Positions 37,073 through 51,912 are shown, counted from the stretch's first letter. The stretch is 64,000 nt of DNA from Neoconidiobolus thromboides FSU 785 (GCA_025603075.1 MU626304.1:1-64000); one strand, 5' to 3'. The notes: generated by a model from the sequence alone, not told the origin. Numbers and translations: made by a program.

Positions 37073-37617
37073 ATTTAGTTATTATTTTTTTCAATTTATA
37101 CTACAGAAAAATAAACTAAAACAAAACTAATTGCAAAATTGAATATTGAATTTTAACTAAGATCCTTAAACTTATCTAAATTGACTGTATTTATTTAACT
37201 GAGATTTTATTATTTTTATAATATTTTAAATGAAATTTTTTATTATTAACTTGATAAACTAAGATACATTTATTTTAATATAAAAAGATAGTTTGTTACT
37301 ATGTTCTTGTTGAAAATATCCTTATCAAAAGTAAATCTTTTATATTTAAATAAATCGAATTACTTTATTAGTATTATAAACACACTCAATAGTGCTTAAT
37401 TTAAAATAAAATCAATAAAGTCTTTATTATAAATATCAAAGTTGAACATTATCATCAATTCTACATTTTATTAATAATATTGTAATTTACTATATTTATC
37501 TTGTAAAAAATTATGGGACTTAATATACTATTATGACAACTCTACTTGATAGAATTTTAGTTTTTATGAATTTTTAACTTTAATTTTTAGTTAATTTTTA
37601 AACATTTAGAAAAAAAA

Positions 37618-40600
37618 ATGATTGGAAATAGGCTTTTGAAGGTCTTACCTAAAGTTAACAAAAGTTTTAGAAAGTATTCCAATGTTCAAGGTAATTAGAA
37701 AGATAAATAGGAGTAAAGATATACATGAAGATAACGATAAGATAAGTGATGTTAATTATTAAATTTTATTTTTTAGATATTAAATTAGATACTCGAGTGC
37801 ATGGATTTAAAATTGAAGAAGTAAATAATTAAACGATGTTTTTCAATAAAGGAATGAAAGAAAAGATTAATAACATTATTATTATTTAGATAAGAGAAAT
37901 TAAAGATTTAAATTTAAAAGCAATAAGATTTCAACATGAAAAAACAGGAGCTCAACACTTACATATTGATAAAAAAGACAAAAATAATGTATTTAGGTAA
38001 ATTTAGTATTTAACTTATTAACTTATTATTTTTATTAAATAATAATAATAAACAATAAATAGTATTGGATTTAAAACTATACCTAATTCATCAAATGGAG
38101 TGGCTCATATTTTGGTAATTTATTTTAATAATAATAATAATACATGTATTTAATATTATTTAATAGGAACATACCACATTATGTGGTAGTCAAAGATATC
38201 CAATTAGAGATCCCTTTTTTAAAATGTTAAATCGTAGTTTAGCTACTTATATGAATGCATGGACAGGTAAATAGAACTACATTTATAATCTTGATTTTTT
38301 TATACTTTCTTTTAGCACATGATTTTACTAATTATCCGTTTGCTACTATGAATGAAAAAGATTATTATAATTTATTAAATATTTATTTGGACGCTACTTT
38401 ATTTCCAAATTTAAATTTAATGGATTTTTATCAAGAAGGGTGGAGATTAGAAAAAGAAGATATTAACGGTAAATTTTATTTTTTAATTAACTATAATTAT
38501 AATTATAACTATAATTAGATGAAAACAGTGAATGGAAAATTAAAGGAGTAGTTTATAATGAAATGAAAGGAGCAATTGTAAGATTAAATATTTTAAAATA
38601 GAACTAATAATAATAATATTTAATATTTATAAATAATTTAATTAGTCGGATATTAATAGCTTATATTATTATAAACATCAAGAAGAGTTATATAGTGGTA
38701 CTATGTTCTCTTATAATTCTGGTGGTAATCCAATGAATATACCTGAATTAAGTTATGAACAATTAAAGCAATTCCATTTAAAAAATTATTCACCTTCACA
38801 GTGTAAAACATATTCATATGGTAAGCAAGAATTTATTTTTTATTTATTTTTTATTAGTAAAAATAATTGAAAGTATAAAAAAAGAGATAGGATTATTGAT
38901 ATCAAATTGAAAAGAATTGATTTATTTTATCTTATATCTTATTATTTTAGGTGATATGAATTTTAAAAATCATTTAAAAGTATTAAATTCAACATTTGAA
39001 AATGTAATGAATCAAAGAGAAATTTCAAAAATGAATAAAGTAGAAAATATTAATATAATTCCTAATTGGAAGGGACCAAAAAGAGTAATTGTTGATGGTC
39101 CATATGATTCAAGTAAATTTAATTACGATTTAATAATTATATAATTTAACTTGTTATTATTTTACAATAGGAATTCCATCCGATCAACAATATAAAATTA
39201 GTATTAGTTATTTAACTAATGAAAAAACAGTAACTTATTTTATAATAATAATAATAATAATAATAATAATTTAACTTATTATCATTATCATTATTAAATT
39301 TAGGATTTAATAGAGACCATTAGTATGAATTTATTATCAAATTTATTATTAAATGGAGCCTCTTCACCTATGCAACAAGCTTTATTAGATAGTAATTTAG
39401 GAGCAGAATATTCAGCTACAACAGGTTATCAAAGTCATATCAAGTATGTTTTGTATTATTTAATATTATTTATTAAAAATAACATAATATTTTTTAATTT
39501 TTAGAAAAACCAATTTTAGTATTGGATTACAAGGAGTCAAAGAAAAAGATTTACAGTTAGTAAGAAATAACAATAATAGTTTTAATTAATTTTTTTAATT
39601 TGACTATTTTTTTAATATCAGGTTGAAGATACTATTTATAAAGTATTGTTGAAAGTATCTAAAGAAGGATTTAGTAAAAAACAAATTGAAGCTTCTTTAT
39701 TACCTATTGAATTAGGTTTAAAACATGTAAGTATTATCATATATTATTATATATTATTATATATTATAATTTATTTATTAATTATTATTAAATTTAATTA
39801 GCGTACTGCTAATTTTGGTATTGGATTAGTTCAAGGATTATATAGTAATTGGATGGATGAGCATAATCCAATTGAAGGATTAGAATACTCAAAAGTAAAA
39901 ATATTTAATTTATAATAATAATAATATATTTAATATTATTTAGATTTTAAAAACATTAAGAAATAATATAGAAAAAGGAGGATATTTTGAAAATTTAATT
40001 ATTAAATATATGTTAAATAATTCACAGAAAATGATATTTATAATGAAGCCTGATCAAGAATATAGTCTCAAACAAGAACAAATAGAAAATGAATTAATTA
40101 AAATTAAAGTGAATGAAATGATAAAAACAGATAAAGATCATAAAAAATATATAGAAAATGGAAAACAATTAAATTTATTACAAGATCGAAAAGAAGATTT
40201 AAGTTGTTTACCAAGTTTGAATTTATCAGATATTCAATTAAAGCCTAATTTTTTTGAGGTTGAAAAGAGAAATAACAATAATTTCAGAATTACAGATACA
40301 AATGGAATTTCTTATTTAAAATTCAAATTTACTACTGAATTACCAACAGAATTAAGAGCTTATCTCCCTTTATTTTGTGAAGTAAGAGAATATTAATAAT
40401 ATTAATATATTAAATTAACATATTAATTTTAATTATTTAATTTAGTGTTTAACTTTCTTAGGTACTAAAGATAAATCAATGTCGGACTTAGAATTAGATA
40501 TTTTAATTAATTCTGGTGGTATTGGGTTTTCACCAATTATTAAAAAATCTTTAAATGATATTAATACCTTTGAAGAAGGTATTATAATTACAGCAAATGC

Positions 40601-41006
40601 ATTTCATTATAAAATTGATATTGTTTATGATTTATTAAAACAATTAATATTTAAAACAAATTTTGATGATTTAAAACGATTAAAAACATTAATTATGGGG
40701 GTAAGTTTTAAGATTTATTAATTAAATTAAAGTATTAATAATTTATTTATTTATTTTAGTCTGCTTCATCAGCAAGTAACTCAATTGCTGAATCTGGTCA
40801 TATTTATGCTAGAAATTATTCCAATTCTTTATTAAGTTTACCAGGTGTAAGTGAAATTTATTATGATTTTTATTGTTGAAACTTTTAATTTATTTATAAT
40901 TAAGTCCATTAATGAAACTTATTTTGGTATTACACAAACAAGATTTTTAAATGAATTAGATCAATTACAAGATTTATCAATAGTTGCTGAGAAATTAAAG
41001 GTAATT

Positions 41007-41066
<60 letters not shown>

Positions 41067-42051
41067 TCATTTTATTTAGCAAATTCAAACTATTTTATTT
41101 AATCAAAAAAATGTTAATACATTAATTGTAACTGAAAAAGAACAAATTCAATCACATGAAATTAAAATTCATCAATTCATTCAAACACTATCTAATGAAA
41201 AATTAAAACAAGTAAGATATTTATTATATTTATTAATTAAAATAATTGATTTAAAATTTAATTATTTAGATTAATAATTCTAATTGGACTCCAAGTACTC
41301 AATTAAATACCTGGTTTCAACAACCATTTAATTCCAATTATTCTGCTTTATCTATTCAATCTGTACCTTTTTTACATTCAGATAATGCAAAATACCAAGT
41401 AAGTATTAATACTTCTTCCTTTCTTTTTAACAACTAACATACTAATTGCTATGTCTCTCTATATAGGTGTTAAGTTCCTTATTAACTAATTTATATTTAC
41501 ATAAAGAAATACGAGAAAAAGGAGGAGCATATGGAGGTGGTAGTACCTTTAATAGTTTTAATGGACAATTTAGTTTCTATTCTTATAGAGATCCTAAACC
41601 ATTAAATCATATTAATAATACTTTCTTAAATAGTTTATTATGGGCAAAAGAATATGAGTTTAATGAAAGGGTAAGTTGAATATTGAATTATTATTAAACA
41701 ATTTGATTAATAATTTAATTAGGAATTAAAAGAAGCCAAACTTTCAATCTTTCAAAGTATAGATAAACCAATATCAGCTAATGAAGAGGGTAATAATGTA
41801 TTTTATTATGGATTAACAAAGGAAATATTGTTAAAGTAAGTTTTTTAATTTAATCTAATTTAATTATAATTATAATTATTTACTTTTATTTTTATTTTTA
41901 TTTTAGTCGTCGTCAAGCTATTTTAAATTGTACTATTAATGATGTTCATCAATTAGCTATTAATTTATTAGAAAGTAAAAATTTAGCAAAAACAGTAATT
42001 GGAGATTCAAATGGGCAAAATTTAAATGAATTTCAAGTAATTAAAAATTAA
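37618..42051 (+). CDS. CYM1: Mitochondrial presequence protease (pitrilysin, M16C; PITRM1/PreP), about 22 introns
   Basis: Presequence-like N-terminus; [14 protein letters not shown]...[19 protein letters not shown] inverted zinc motif; [11 protein letters not shown] and FYSYRDP. Confidence 0.97.
41008..41066. repeat. (AAT)n microsatellite inside a CYM1 intron
   Basis: ~19 perfect trinucleotide units. Confidence 0.95.
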
Positions 42052-42216
42052 ATTTAAATTGGTACAATATACACATTTTAGATTATTTTTAACATAATAA
42101 TAATAAATAAAATTTTAATTTTAATTTCAAATTTTCTCTAATTTATTTATTATATTTATTATTTATTTTTACTTTCTTAATAAAAATAAAATAAAATAAA
42201 ATTGAATTTTTATTTA

Positions 42217-44397
42217 TTAAACCATTGGTTCTAAATTAAATTCCAAAGCTGAAGCTACATAACTAATATCAAAATTCTTTAAAACTTGAGGATGAAGAAT
42301 GCCAAAAGAACCAATTTTTAAAGCTTGATTATTTGCTATTTTACGATAATAGATATTAGCACTACGTCCTGAAAAATAAGTTGGATCTAATAAATAGAAA
42401 TTCAATATTAATTTATATTCAATTTAAAAATATAAATAAAACTTACCTTCAGAAGCTTCAATATAATAACCTACTAAAGAAGTATCAAATTTTCCTTGAT
42501 TTAAAGATAATAAAGGAATATTTAACATTTGCATAATACGATTTAAAGTACCATGAACAACCTAATATATATAAATAAAAAAATTCATTAGTTCTCTCAT
42601 TTTAACTCGTATTTGATTTAAACTAAATAACTTACCTCAAATCCTGAAGTTTTATTACAATAAACTAATCCTACATGACGTTCATTTCTAGATCTACGTT
42701 CTTCATTTTCATCTTTAAATGCCACATCTTGAACTTCAAAAATACTCAAAGGTAATGGTTGTTTTCTATTATGATGAATTGTTTTTAATAAACCTGGAAG
42801 TAAACTTGTACGAACTACTTGATATTCTGCTGTTTTTGGATTTGCTAATTTAACTGCTGTAGCGTTATCATCAACTCTATTAAGGAAAGCAAAATTTTCA
42901 TCATGAGAGCATAAAATTAAAGATAATACTTCAGTCCATCCAGAGAAAGCTAATTCTCGACGTACTAAATCAGTTAACATGTTGACAGGTAAGGGGGCAC
43001 CAATAGTACTACATTTTGGTATTGTTTTTTTTAAATTATTGTAACCATAAGCAATAGCCACATCTTCCATAATATCGCATTCATGTAAAATATCAGAACG
43101 AGTGGGTGGAATAGATACAGTAATAATGTTTGATGTATTTTCTTTTGGTACTGCTTTTAAAGACATACGTTCTAAATAACTAATAACTTGATCAGTGGAT
43201 AATTCTACACCAGCAGCAGAAGTAATATAATCAACACTAGCATCTAAAGTACGATCTTCCAATTGAGGAAAGATCTCCTTAGTATTATCCGAATGAATCA
43301 CTTCAATAGGTTCTACAGTATATGGTTGTTTACAATATTGAGAAAACATAGCAATGATGGTATTTAATACAATTTTTCCTTTAGTGATATCAGTACAAGT
43401 AATATCAATAAATACATTACGTGTGTTTAATGTAATCTTTGAATGATTTCCATTGATGATTGGCGGTAAAGAGCATACTACTCTATTACTATCATAGATT
43501 ACTGGATAAACTGGAGAATCTTTTATAATGGGTAAAAATTTACTAATATGACGATCTTTCTATTAAATATTAAGCTAAACCAATATATAAAATTATTATT
43601 ATTATTATTTTACCTCATAAAACTCCATCAATTCAACACCATCCATAACCTTTTCTTGATTAAGTGGGGCAAATTGAATATTTTTTGGGGCTAATGCTTC
43701 ATAAGTAAAAGGGGGTTGAATAGTATCTAAATCATGAGTTCCAATAGCAACTAAAGTACGTTTACGACCGATATTATGATGTAATTTATCTTGTAAATCA
43801 ATAAAAGAATCATAAACTTGTTGAGTAAAAGTGATATCTCTTAATACTGCTCCAAGTACATAAGGTCGAATTTGAGCTGTTTCTGGATGATTTTTGAGTT
43901 GAATCATAGGTCCTGATGGTGGTACTAGTTTGTATTCTGGGAGCTTAGAGCGCCCTAAAAAAATCGATAATGCTCGAGAGATACCTTCAATACATAATAA
44001 GTCGTATCTTTTGATTCATGTTTAGTTTAGTTAAATCTTAAGTTATTTTATTTTCATCATTTTACCTATTAGCAGGGATATCAATTTTTAATAATGGTCT
44101 TTCAGATAAACCTTCCGCTTTTAAAGTACTACCTTTTTCTTTAGCTGCCATTTCAAATAAGGAAGTCTATTATTTTAAAGATAGATAATTTATTAATGAT
44201 ATTATATTGAAACTATTTTAAATAGTAAATTACATCTTCTTCCAATTCAATACCAAATTCAAAACATAATTCTTCGAATTCTTTAGAGGCTAGATAAAAG
44301 TTAATTACTTTGATAATATGAAATAAAAAAATTAATTACTATATTCTTTTCCTAGAATTTGATATAAATCTTGTTTATCAACATTAACGGTTGGCAT
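42217..44397 (-). CDS. FRS1: Phenylalanyl-tRNA synthetase beta subunit (cytoplasmic), multi-exon
   Basis: MPTVNVDK start; [66 protein letters not shown] and GILHPQVL. Confidence 0.98.
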
Positions 44398-45532
44398 TGT
44401 TCTATAAAGAAATTATTGTTAAATTTAATTTATTATTTTAAATCGGATACTTTCTATCCTTTTACCTTTTATTCTTCTTGATAATAAAATTTTATAAAAT
44501 TTTATAAAGCTCCAATTATTGATTTCAATCCCATTTTTTAAAATCTTTAAATTCCTCATTTTTTAGTGAGTTTCTTTTCGAATGAAGTTACTTGTTTAAT
44601 TTTGGCTTCATTTGATAGGCTTAAAGTTACATTTGAGATTTAATTGCAAAGTTTCAAGAAATGAGTCAGAATAATTCAATTAATTTAATTAGGTTTTTAC
44701 TCAAGTTCATTTTTTCAAATCTAATTTGAATACAAAAATCAAACTTTTAGAACTTAATAGTTAAATAAAGAGTAAACAAAACTAATCATCAAATTTTTAA
44801 TAATGTTAATTTCAAACTAGTTTGAAATTTATTATATTTTAAATTATATAAAATAATATAATATTCCAAATATCTCCTTATTTCTAAAATAAATCTATAT
44901 GAAAGTAGTTTCTAGTATTATTGTTTTTTGCATTTTTTTAAGCACTATTAAATAAAAAAATTATTAGTAAAATTCTCAAATAAAATAAGAGATACTTGAA
45001 TAATTCACTATTTACTTCTAATCCTTTGAGTATCAAACATTTCAAAAAAAAACTTGATTCAATTGAAATGGAATTCTAGATATTATTTTAACATAATATT
45101 CTATACTCCTTATAAAATTATTCGATCATAATCAACTAACATTATCCCCACCTTTTGGGTGCTTTTCTTTCATATACATTATAGCTAAACATTAATGTCC
45201 TTTATATTTGATGCTTTTGATATTTGTTTGACTTTATATTAAATTATAAAATATTAAGATTATAAGTATTATCTTTATATCATGAGACTTTATAAAGTTA
45301 AACTCAAGTAGCTATTACTAAATTTTATTGGACATTTTCATTAGAGTTTCTTTGCTTTTTTACTCAAAAAATCAGTTATTGACTATAATAGTAAAAAAGT
45401 AAAATTGTTATTTAAATATTAGTAATATGAAATTTAAATGCATAAGAGCTGTAAAAGTATTAATAAAATAAAATAATACTTATTTAGAGTAATCAATAAA
45501 TTCTATTTAACAACTTAAAAAAATCAATCATG

Positions 45533-45639
45533 ATATGGGGATGTTTTTTTTGATTTCATTACTTTTCCATTTTTAAGCGCTATTTAAGTAGAAAGAGATT
45601 GTTAGTAAAATTCTTAAACAAAAAAATATATCCCCATAT
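45533..45639 (+). mobile_element. MITE copy 21, TSD ATAT
   Basis: Family core. Confidence 0.95.
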
Positions 45640-45803
45640 AAAAGTTAGAGAAATAGAATATCAAATTAAATCAATCCAAAAGAGTGTAACTCTGTCAAAT
45701 ATTAAATATTAAATATATAAAAGGGAAGCGATAAAGTCATTGTTTTTAAATTATTAAACTAATATTGTTACTTATTTATCACTATCTGTTAAATTAACTA
45801 ACA

Positions 45804-46012
45804 ATGAATATCAAATTACTTGTTCTTTTTATCACTACTCTGCTATATTTGGTGCATCAGTCATAACTCAAAACGATAGAAGATATGTAATTATTGATAT
45901 ATATGTAAGTTGTGGCGATGAAGTATTAATCATATTATTTATACTGTCAGGAAATGATATGTGTTTAGTTGACAGTAGTGTAAAGATATTTAGTAGTGGT
46001 TTTCGTAATTAA
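45804..46012 (+). pseudogene. Frameshifted paralog of the 20232-20444 secreted peptide
   Basis: MNIKLLVLFIT, then a frameshift, then SAIFGASVITQN...SCGDEVLIILFILSGNDMCLVDSSVKIFSSGFRN*, which aligns with ...DCGIRSLIPICLLDSNDIKLVDDSRKQNSNAVFRGNH. Confidence 0.6.
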
Positions 46013-46082
46013 CAAGCTGATGCTTCTTCTGTTATCCCTTTTATTGCTAAACTTTAATCAAATCAATATTTTATTATTATGT

Positions 46083-46189
46083 ATATGGGGATGTATTTTT
46101 GTGTTTAAGAATTTTACCAACAAATTTTCCACTCAAATAGCGCTTAAAAAGTGGAAAAAATAATGAAGTCAAAAAAAACACTCCCATAT
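46083..46189 (-). mobile_element. MITE copy 22 (GGGAGTG-end subfamily), TSD ATAT
   Basis: Full-length, near-consensus. Confidence 0.95.
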
Positions 46190-46685
46190 ATTGATTGTAA
46201 GAATTTCATTTGTGTAATGTTTTTCACTTATTATTACTTAGGATTCAAATTTATCATCTAATTTAATATATTATAAACTAATTGATTACTTATTATAATT
46301 TACAAATAAACAATTATTTTTATTAAATTTAAAAATTGATTAAAATCAAAAATAAAAGCTCAAAACTTAAACAAGTGAAGAAGTAAAAACTAATGTGTCA
46401 GTTGGTGTTCAAATAATTAATAGTTTATTATCTAGTGGTGACTTAGAAATAGTAGGTTATCAAGTGAAAACAGTGAGATGATGTGAAAAGTAGTGAAAGG
46501 AAAGGAAAGAAAATAACAATTTTTTTTATGTTTTGGAATTCCTTTTCTTAACAAATATGATTTTAGATTTTTAAAATCTGAAATCTAATATTTTAAGTTT
46601 TAAATTTTAAATTTGAATAAATTAATAATGAGTTTTTAAAACAAAATTTATTAGTAGATCTCATTCATTATTTTACTTTATTTAT

Positions 46686-48660
46686 TTATAATTTAAAATG
46701 ATTAATTGCCCATTCTCTTAAAGTATGTTTTTGAATTTTACCATTAGCAGTAGTAGGAAACTGTTCAAGGTTCCAAAAATAAAAGGGGACTTTAAAATGA
46801 GCCAATTTTTGTTTACAAAACAATTTCAATTCTTTTTCCAATTCATTCCTGTCTTCATTTAAATAAGCTTCATTTAAAGTATAACAAGCACATAATTGTT
46901 CACCAAATTTTTCATCTGGTACTCCAACAATTGATATATTTTGTATTTTAGGATGTTGAAATAATAGATTTTCAACTTCAATTGGGTATATATTTTCTCC
47001 CCCTCGAATTACCATATCTTTTACTCTACCTACTATTTTAGCATATCCATTCTCATCTATTATAGCTAAATCACCTAATTTATCATATCAATATTCGCAT
47101 TACAAAATAGTATTTACTATTAATAATTACCTGTATCTAACCATCCCTCTTGATTCAAAATTTGGTTAGTCGCTTCAGAGTTATTCCAATATCCTTTCAT
47201 GACCAAATATCCTTTAACTAGCAACTTACCTTTTTGATTTGGTGGTAAAACAAAATTTGGATCTTGAACATCGACTACTTTAGCTTGTACATGAGGCAGT
47301 ATTTTACCCACAGTTTCCACTCTTAACTTTATATGGTCATTTGATAGCGATTGAAATGAAACTGGACTTGTCTCTGTCATGCCATAACAAATAGTTACCT
47401 CTTTCATTCCCATTTCTGAAATCACCTTCTCCATAATCTTTTCAGGACATGAACTACCAGCCATAATACCCGTCCTATATTATTTTATTAATACATTATT
47501 TAAAGTAAATTATTAAATCACCTTAAACTACTCAAATCAAACGTTTTAAAATTAGGATGAGACAGCATTGAGATAAACATGGTTGGTACCCCATACATAG
47601 CATCTGCCTTGTACTTTTCAGCAGCTTTTAAAGTCATGACAGGATCAAATGAAGGCGAAGGATATAAAACAGAAGAAGCATGGTTGAGAACAGCCATATT
47701 ACCTAATACTAAACCAAAGCAATGATACAATGGTACAGGGATACAGACCACGCTATTTTCTGTCAAGTTTTGATTTTTACCAATATAATACCCATTATTT
47801 AATATGTTATGGTGCGTTAGAGCTACTCCTTTTGGTAAACCAGTAGTACCAGAAGTAAATTGAATATTGATAACATCATTCGTATTTAAATTGGTTTGTA
47901 ATAAATTGATGTAATTATCTAATTCAGCGTCTTTCTTTAATAACAAATCTTTATATTTTATGATATTCTTTGGTAACTTAACCTTATTTTCTTGTGGAAT
48001 TAAATCATCAACCATAATAAGTCTTTTCAAATAAGGAAAATAACTCGAATTAATCTCTTTATCATTTCCTTCCTCTTCTATTTCCGGTATTATTTCTCTT
48101 ATTAAATCGAGATAATTGGTAGTTTTGTACTCTGGTATAGTAACAATGGCATTAACTTGGATCAATTTCAATGCTTGTTTTAATTCATGTGACCTATAAG
48201 CTGGGTTCAAAGTAACCAAAATAATTCCCAACTTAGCGGTTGCATATTGTAATGTTATCCAAGCGGATGAGTTCGGCATATAAACTGCTAATCGATCCCC
48301 CTTGTTTAAGTTTAAATTGACTAAGCCTCGCATCAGCTCATTTACTTTTTCGTCTAATTCTTGATAACTCCATTTTATATCCTCAAAATAAGAGATCATA
48401 GCTAAATTATTAGGGTATTGCTTCACTTTTTCATCCCATAATTGGCCAATAGTTATGTTTCTTAGTGATGGCGAACTTTCTCCTTTAACATATGATTCTT
48501 TTAGAGGATATTGGTTGTCCACATTTGATAAAAAATTAAAGTCCTTGTTTATACCCTTATTTGCTGTTGTAGTTGTAGTTGTATATCTTATGCTTAAGTT
48601 CGATCTTAAGATGTATTTTGAATTGAACAAAGGTCTTGATAAATTGAATAATTTTGACAT
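46686..48660 (-). CDS. ACSF2: Mitochondrial acyl-CoA synthetase, ACSF2-like (AMP-binding), 3 exons
   Basis: Presequence-like N-terminus; QFTSGTTGLPKG, YGMTETSPV, GWLDTGD, IRGGENIYP and GKIQK. Confidence 0.9.
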
Positions 48661-49396
48661 TTTAAGAGTTAATCTTTAAAAAAGAAATAAAAACAAGTTG
48701 CTTTTTGTTTTAATGCATCAATTTTCATATTTGGATTTTAATGCATTTAGTGTCATTTGATTTGTAATTCTAAAATTTGATTGGCTGCCGATTTGTCCTA
48801 GTTTGTCAATAAATGCTTGTTTCATAATTTGGTTGTCCAATGATCATATTTTATTGGACCAATTTTAAACAATTTAAAAACAAAACTATTCAGGGATGTA
48901 AATTGTTTGTTATAAAACTTTACTACATTTTGTGAATATTAAATAGCTTACAGATATAATTTTGTTAATCAAAAATATACTGTTTTGCATTAAGCCATAT
49001 TAATTATTACATTTAATAGAGATATATTACTTTGTTTTATAAAGATTTAAATAATTAACTACATGATAATAGTCAAACTTTCTTAGAACAATCAATATTG
49101 AAAACAATAAACAAGCACAAAAAGCGATGATATAAGAGACTTTAAGGTGATTGAAGCAGATAAAAGCTATAAATCACATTTCCTGATCAAAGAAAATGAC
49201 GCAAAAGGCTTTTTAACTTAGTAGATCTCTTCAATCTATAAGGAAATAACGATTATTCTTTAGATATTGAACTTTATCATTATATAATGGCACTTAAAAT
49301 TGAAAAAGCTAGGAACACTAGATTATAAGTTACTTCATCAAAAGTTCAATTGATGTTTCACACAATCAACATGGTTTCTAAATAAAGAGTATCACT

Positions 49397-49501
49397 ATAT
49401 GGGGATGTTTTTTTGATTTCATTACTTTCCCATTTTTTAAGCGCTATTCGAGCGGAAAGATTGTTAGTAAAATTCTTGAACAAAAAAATACATCCCCCTA
49501 T
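49397..49501 (+). mobile_element. MITE copy 23
   Basis: Family core. Confidence 0.93.
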
Positions 49502-49977
49502 ATTGTATAAAAAAGGCTCAAAGCTAAGGAAAAGAATGAAGGCTATTCAATGCAATAAAGCAGTTTGTAGCTCTTAAAAGCTAGATAGTTTTTGGTTTCT
49601 TGAAATTCCTTTTTGACGTTTGGTGCTATTGAAATAGTATTTATGTTTCAAAAATAATTTACATTAAGCTGTTTTTTTTGAACTATCAAAAATTTTATTG
49701 TTACTACACTTTAAAAAGTATTTAGTTACTACTATTTATTACATGGAACATTAAATGCAAAAGCTAAATTCAAAAAACACAATGTAAATTTTCGATTTCT
49801 TTGATACTAATTTAAAGAAATTATTTGATATCAAATTAAAATATGACATATGTAGTGTTTTTACATGGTAGCAATTTAATTACTATAAGAACATAACAAG
49901 AGAAAAGGCAAGTACAATATTACTCCTTTATTTTTAGGTTACTTTAACATTATTAAATACAAGTTAAATTAAAATAA

Positions 49978-51408
49978 ATGAGGTCTTTAATTTTTACTGC
50001 AATTTTATTTTCATTAATAAGTTATTTGACTTCAGTAAATTCAATTTCAGTCACTTTTGCTGGGACTGGAGTTATATTAGACAATAAATTATTTTATTTT
50101 GGTGGTCTTAAAATATCACTGAGGGAACAATTGAACAAAAATATTTAAATAAACAAGTATTTTATATAGATTTAAAAGAAGGATTGGAATTAAATGAAAG
50201 CGGTGAAGCAAATTGGAAGGTTATAGACTCAAAGCATCGTCCCTTAGATACATTAATGAGTGCACAAACAATTACTAAGAATGGTAATTTAAGAGAAATC
50301 ATGGTTGTTGGTGGATCATTTACTCCAATTAACGAATCAATTAAGACCTTTAATGTAAAATATAATATTTGGGAGGTCGATCAAGCTGGTAGTAATTATG
50401 TCAAAAATTTGTTCATCTCAGAAGCTAAAAAAGAGTATAACTTTCATGGCCCATCATACGCAACTATAACTTAAAACGATGTAAACCCAGATGAAGTAAT
50501 ACTGTTTGGTGGCACCTGTGCGCTTACTAGTAGCGTAAACTCAACTATAGTAGAATCTTTACGAAACTTAGTAGTTTATAATACTAAAGAGAATAATTGG
50601 AAAACCGTAAAGGAAAAAGCCTATGATTATGCCATAGATCATACTTCTATTATTTATAAAGGTGTATTGATGACATTAAACCGAAGAGTCTTTGCAACTG
50701 TTGACGTTACTGGTTTTAAGGATATCCTTTGCTTTGACTTAAAAAATGAAAAATGGTTTAATAAAACAACAAATGGAGAAATACCTGAAGCACTTTATGG
50801 CTCTAGTTCCATAAGGGTTAACAATCAGCTTTATATTGTAGGAGGAGTGATAGACTATAATCAGACTATTTATCAAAGTAGCTTGATTTATTCGCTTGAT
50901 TTAAATCACTTTATTTGGAAAAAACATACGGTACTTGAGTTGATTAGTGCTGTGTTTGGTTTTCTAGTGCATTATAATGGTTATTTGATTTATAGCTTTG
51001 GAGGACGCATGGGGCCATCTCTTAGTAAAACACACATAATAGACCTTAAAAAATTTACTTTGGTCAATAGAATTCCTTCACAAAGCGAATTAGAAAGCTT
51101 GAAGCCAAAAAGTAAAGTAGCCATGATTGTCAGAAGTACAATTGGGGGACTCGCTGGGTTAATGTTATTAACTATAATAACTTACTTTGTTATAAAGAGG
51201 ATAAAAGGAGCTATCGTTTTAAGAAGAATACCGGATTATATCCCAGAACCCACATCGAATGGCCAAGAGTTTAATATTGATGATCCTATGTTTATTTTTG
51301 ATGACTCTCAATCTGATATTAAACTTACTAAAATTTATTCAATAAATAGAATATAGACATTTCTATAACCAAGATAGTTCAATAAATGCAAGTGATTATG
51401 ATATATAA
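49978..51408 (+). pseudogene. Signal-peptide + kelch-repeat + single-TM protein, disrupted
   Basis: Kelch GG/W motifs (LFYFGG, MVVGG, ILFGG, YIVGG, YSFGG) and a C-terminal TM. Frameshift near 50110-50120, in-frame TAA at 50472 and a possible further frameshift near 51350. Confidence 0.75.
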
Positions 51409-51507
51409 ATTTTAATTTGTTTTTAGTTTAAAAGATGTGTAACAATTTAAAAATAGCACTTTAAAGTAATCAGTTTGACATTATCAAATTATTTGTTTAT
51501 AAAAATT

Positions 51508-51610
51508 ATATAGGTATGCTTTTTTTGGCTTCATTTTTTTCCATTTTTTGAGCGCTATTTGAGTAGAAAAGCTATTTAATAAAATTCTTAAAAAAAATAC
51601 ATCCTCATAT
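51508..51610 (+). mobile_element. MITE copy 24, TSD ATAT
   Basis: Family core. Confidence 0.88.
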
Positions 51611-51808
51611 AATCAACTTATAGTTTATATTTAGAATGTTTGATTAGTTAAAGTAGTCAAGTGTTTGCCATCACTATTATATTTGTACTTTTTTACTAAT
51701 TATCAGTACAAACATTGATAAAGTTAAGTTATGTGGATAGGTCAAAAAGTCTGTGGAAAAACTGAAATAAAAGTATCCAAAGGTAAGATTAATTTACACG
51801 AATGTATC

Positions 51809-51912
51809 ATATGGGGCTGTTTTTTTAGTTTGATTATTTTTCCATTTTTTAAGTGCTATTTGAGTGGAAAGATTATAGTAAAATTCTTAAACAAAAAAAC
51901 ACATCCCCATAT
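51809..51912 (+). mobile_element. MITE copy 25, TSD ATAT
   Basis: Family core. Confidence 0.92.
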
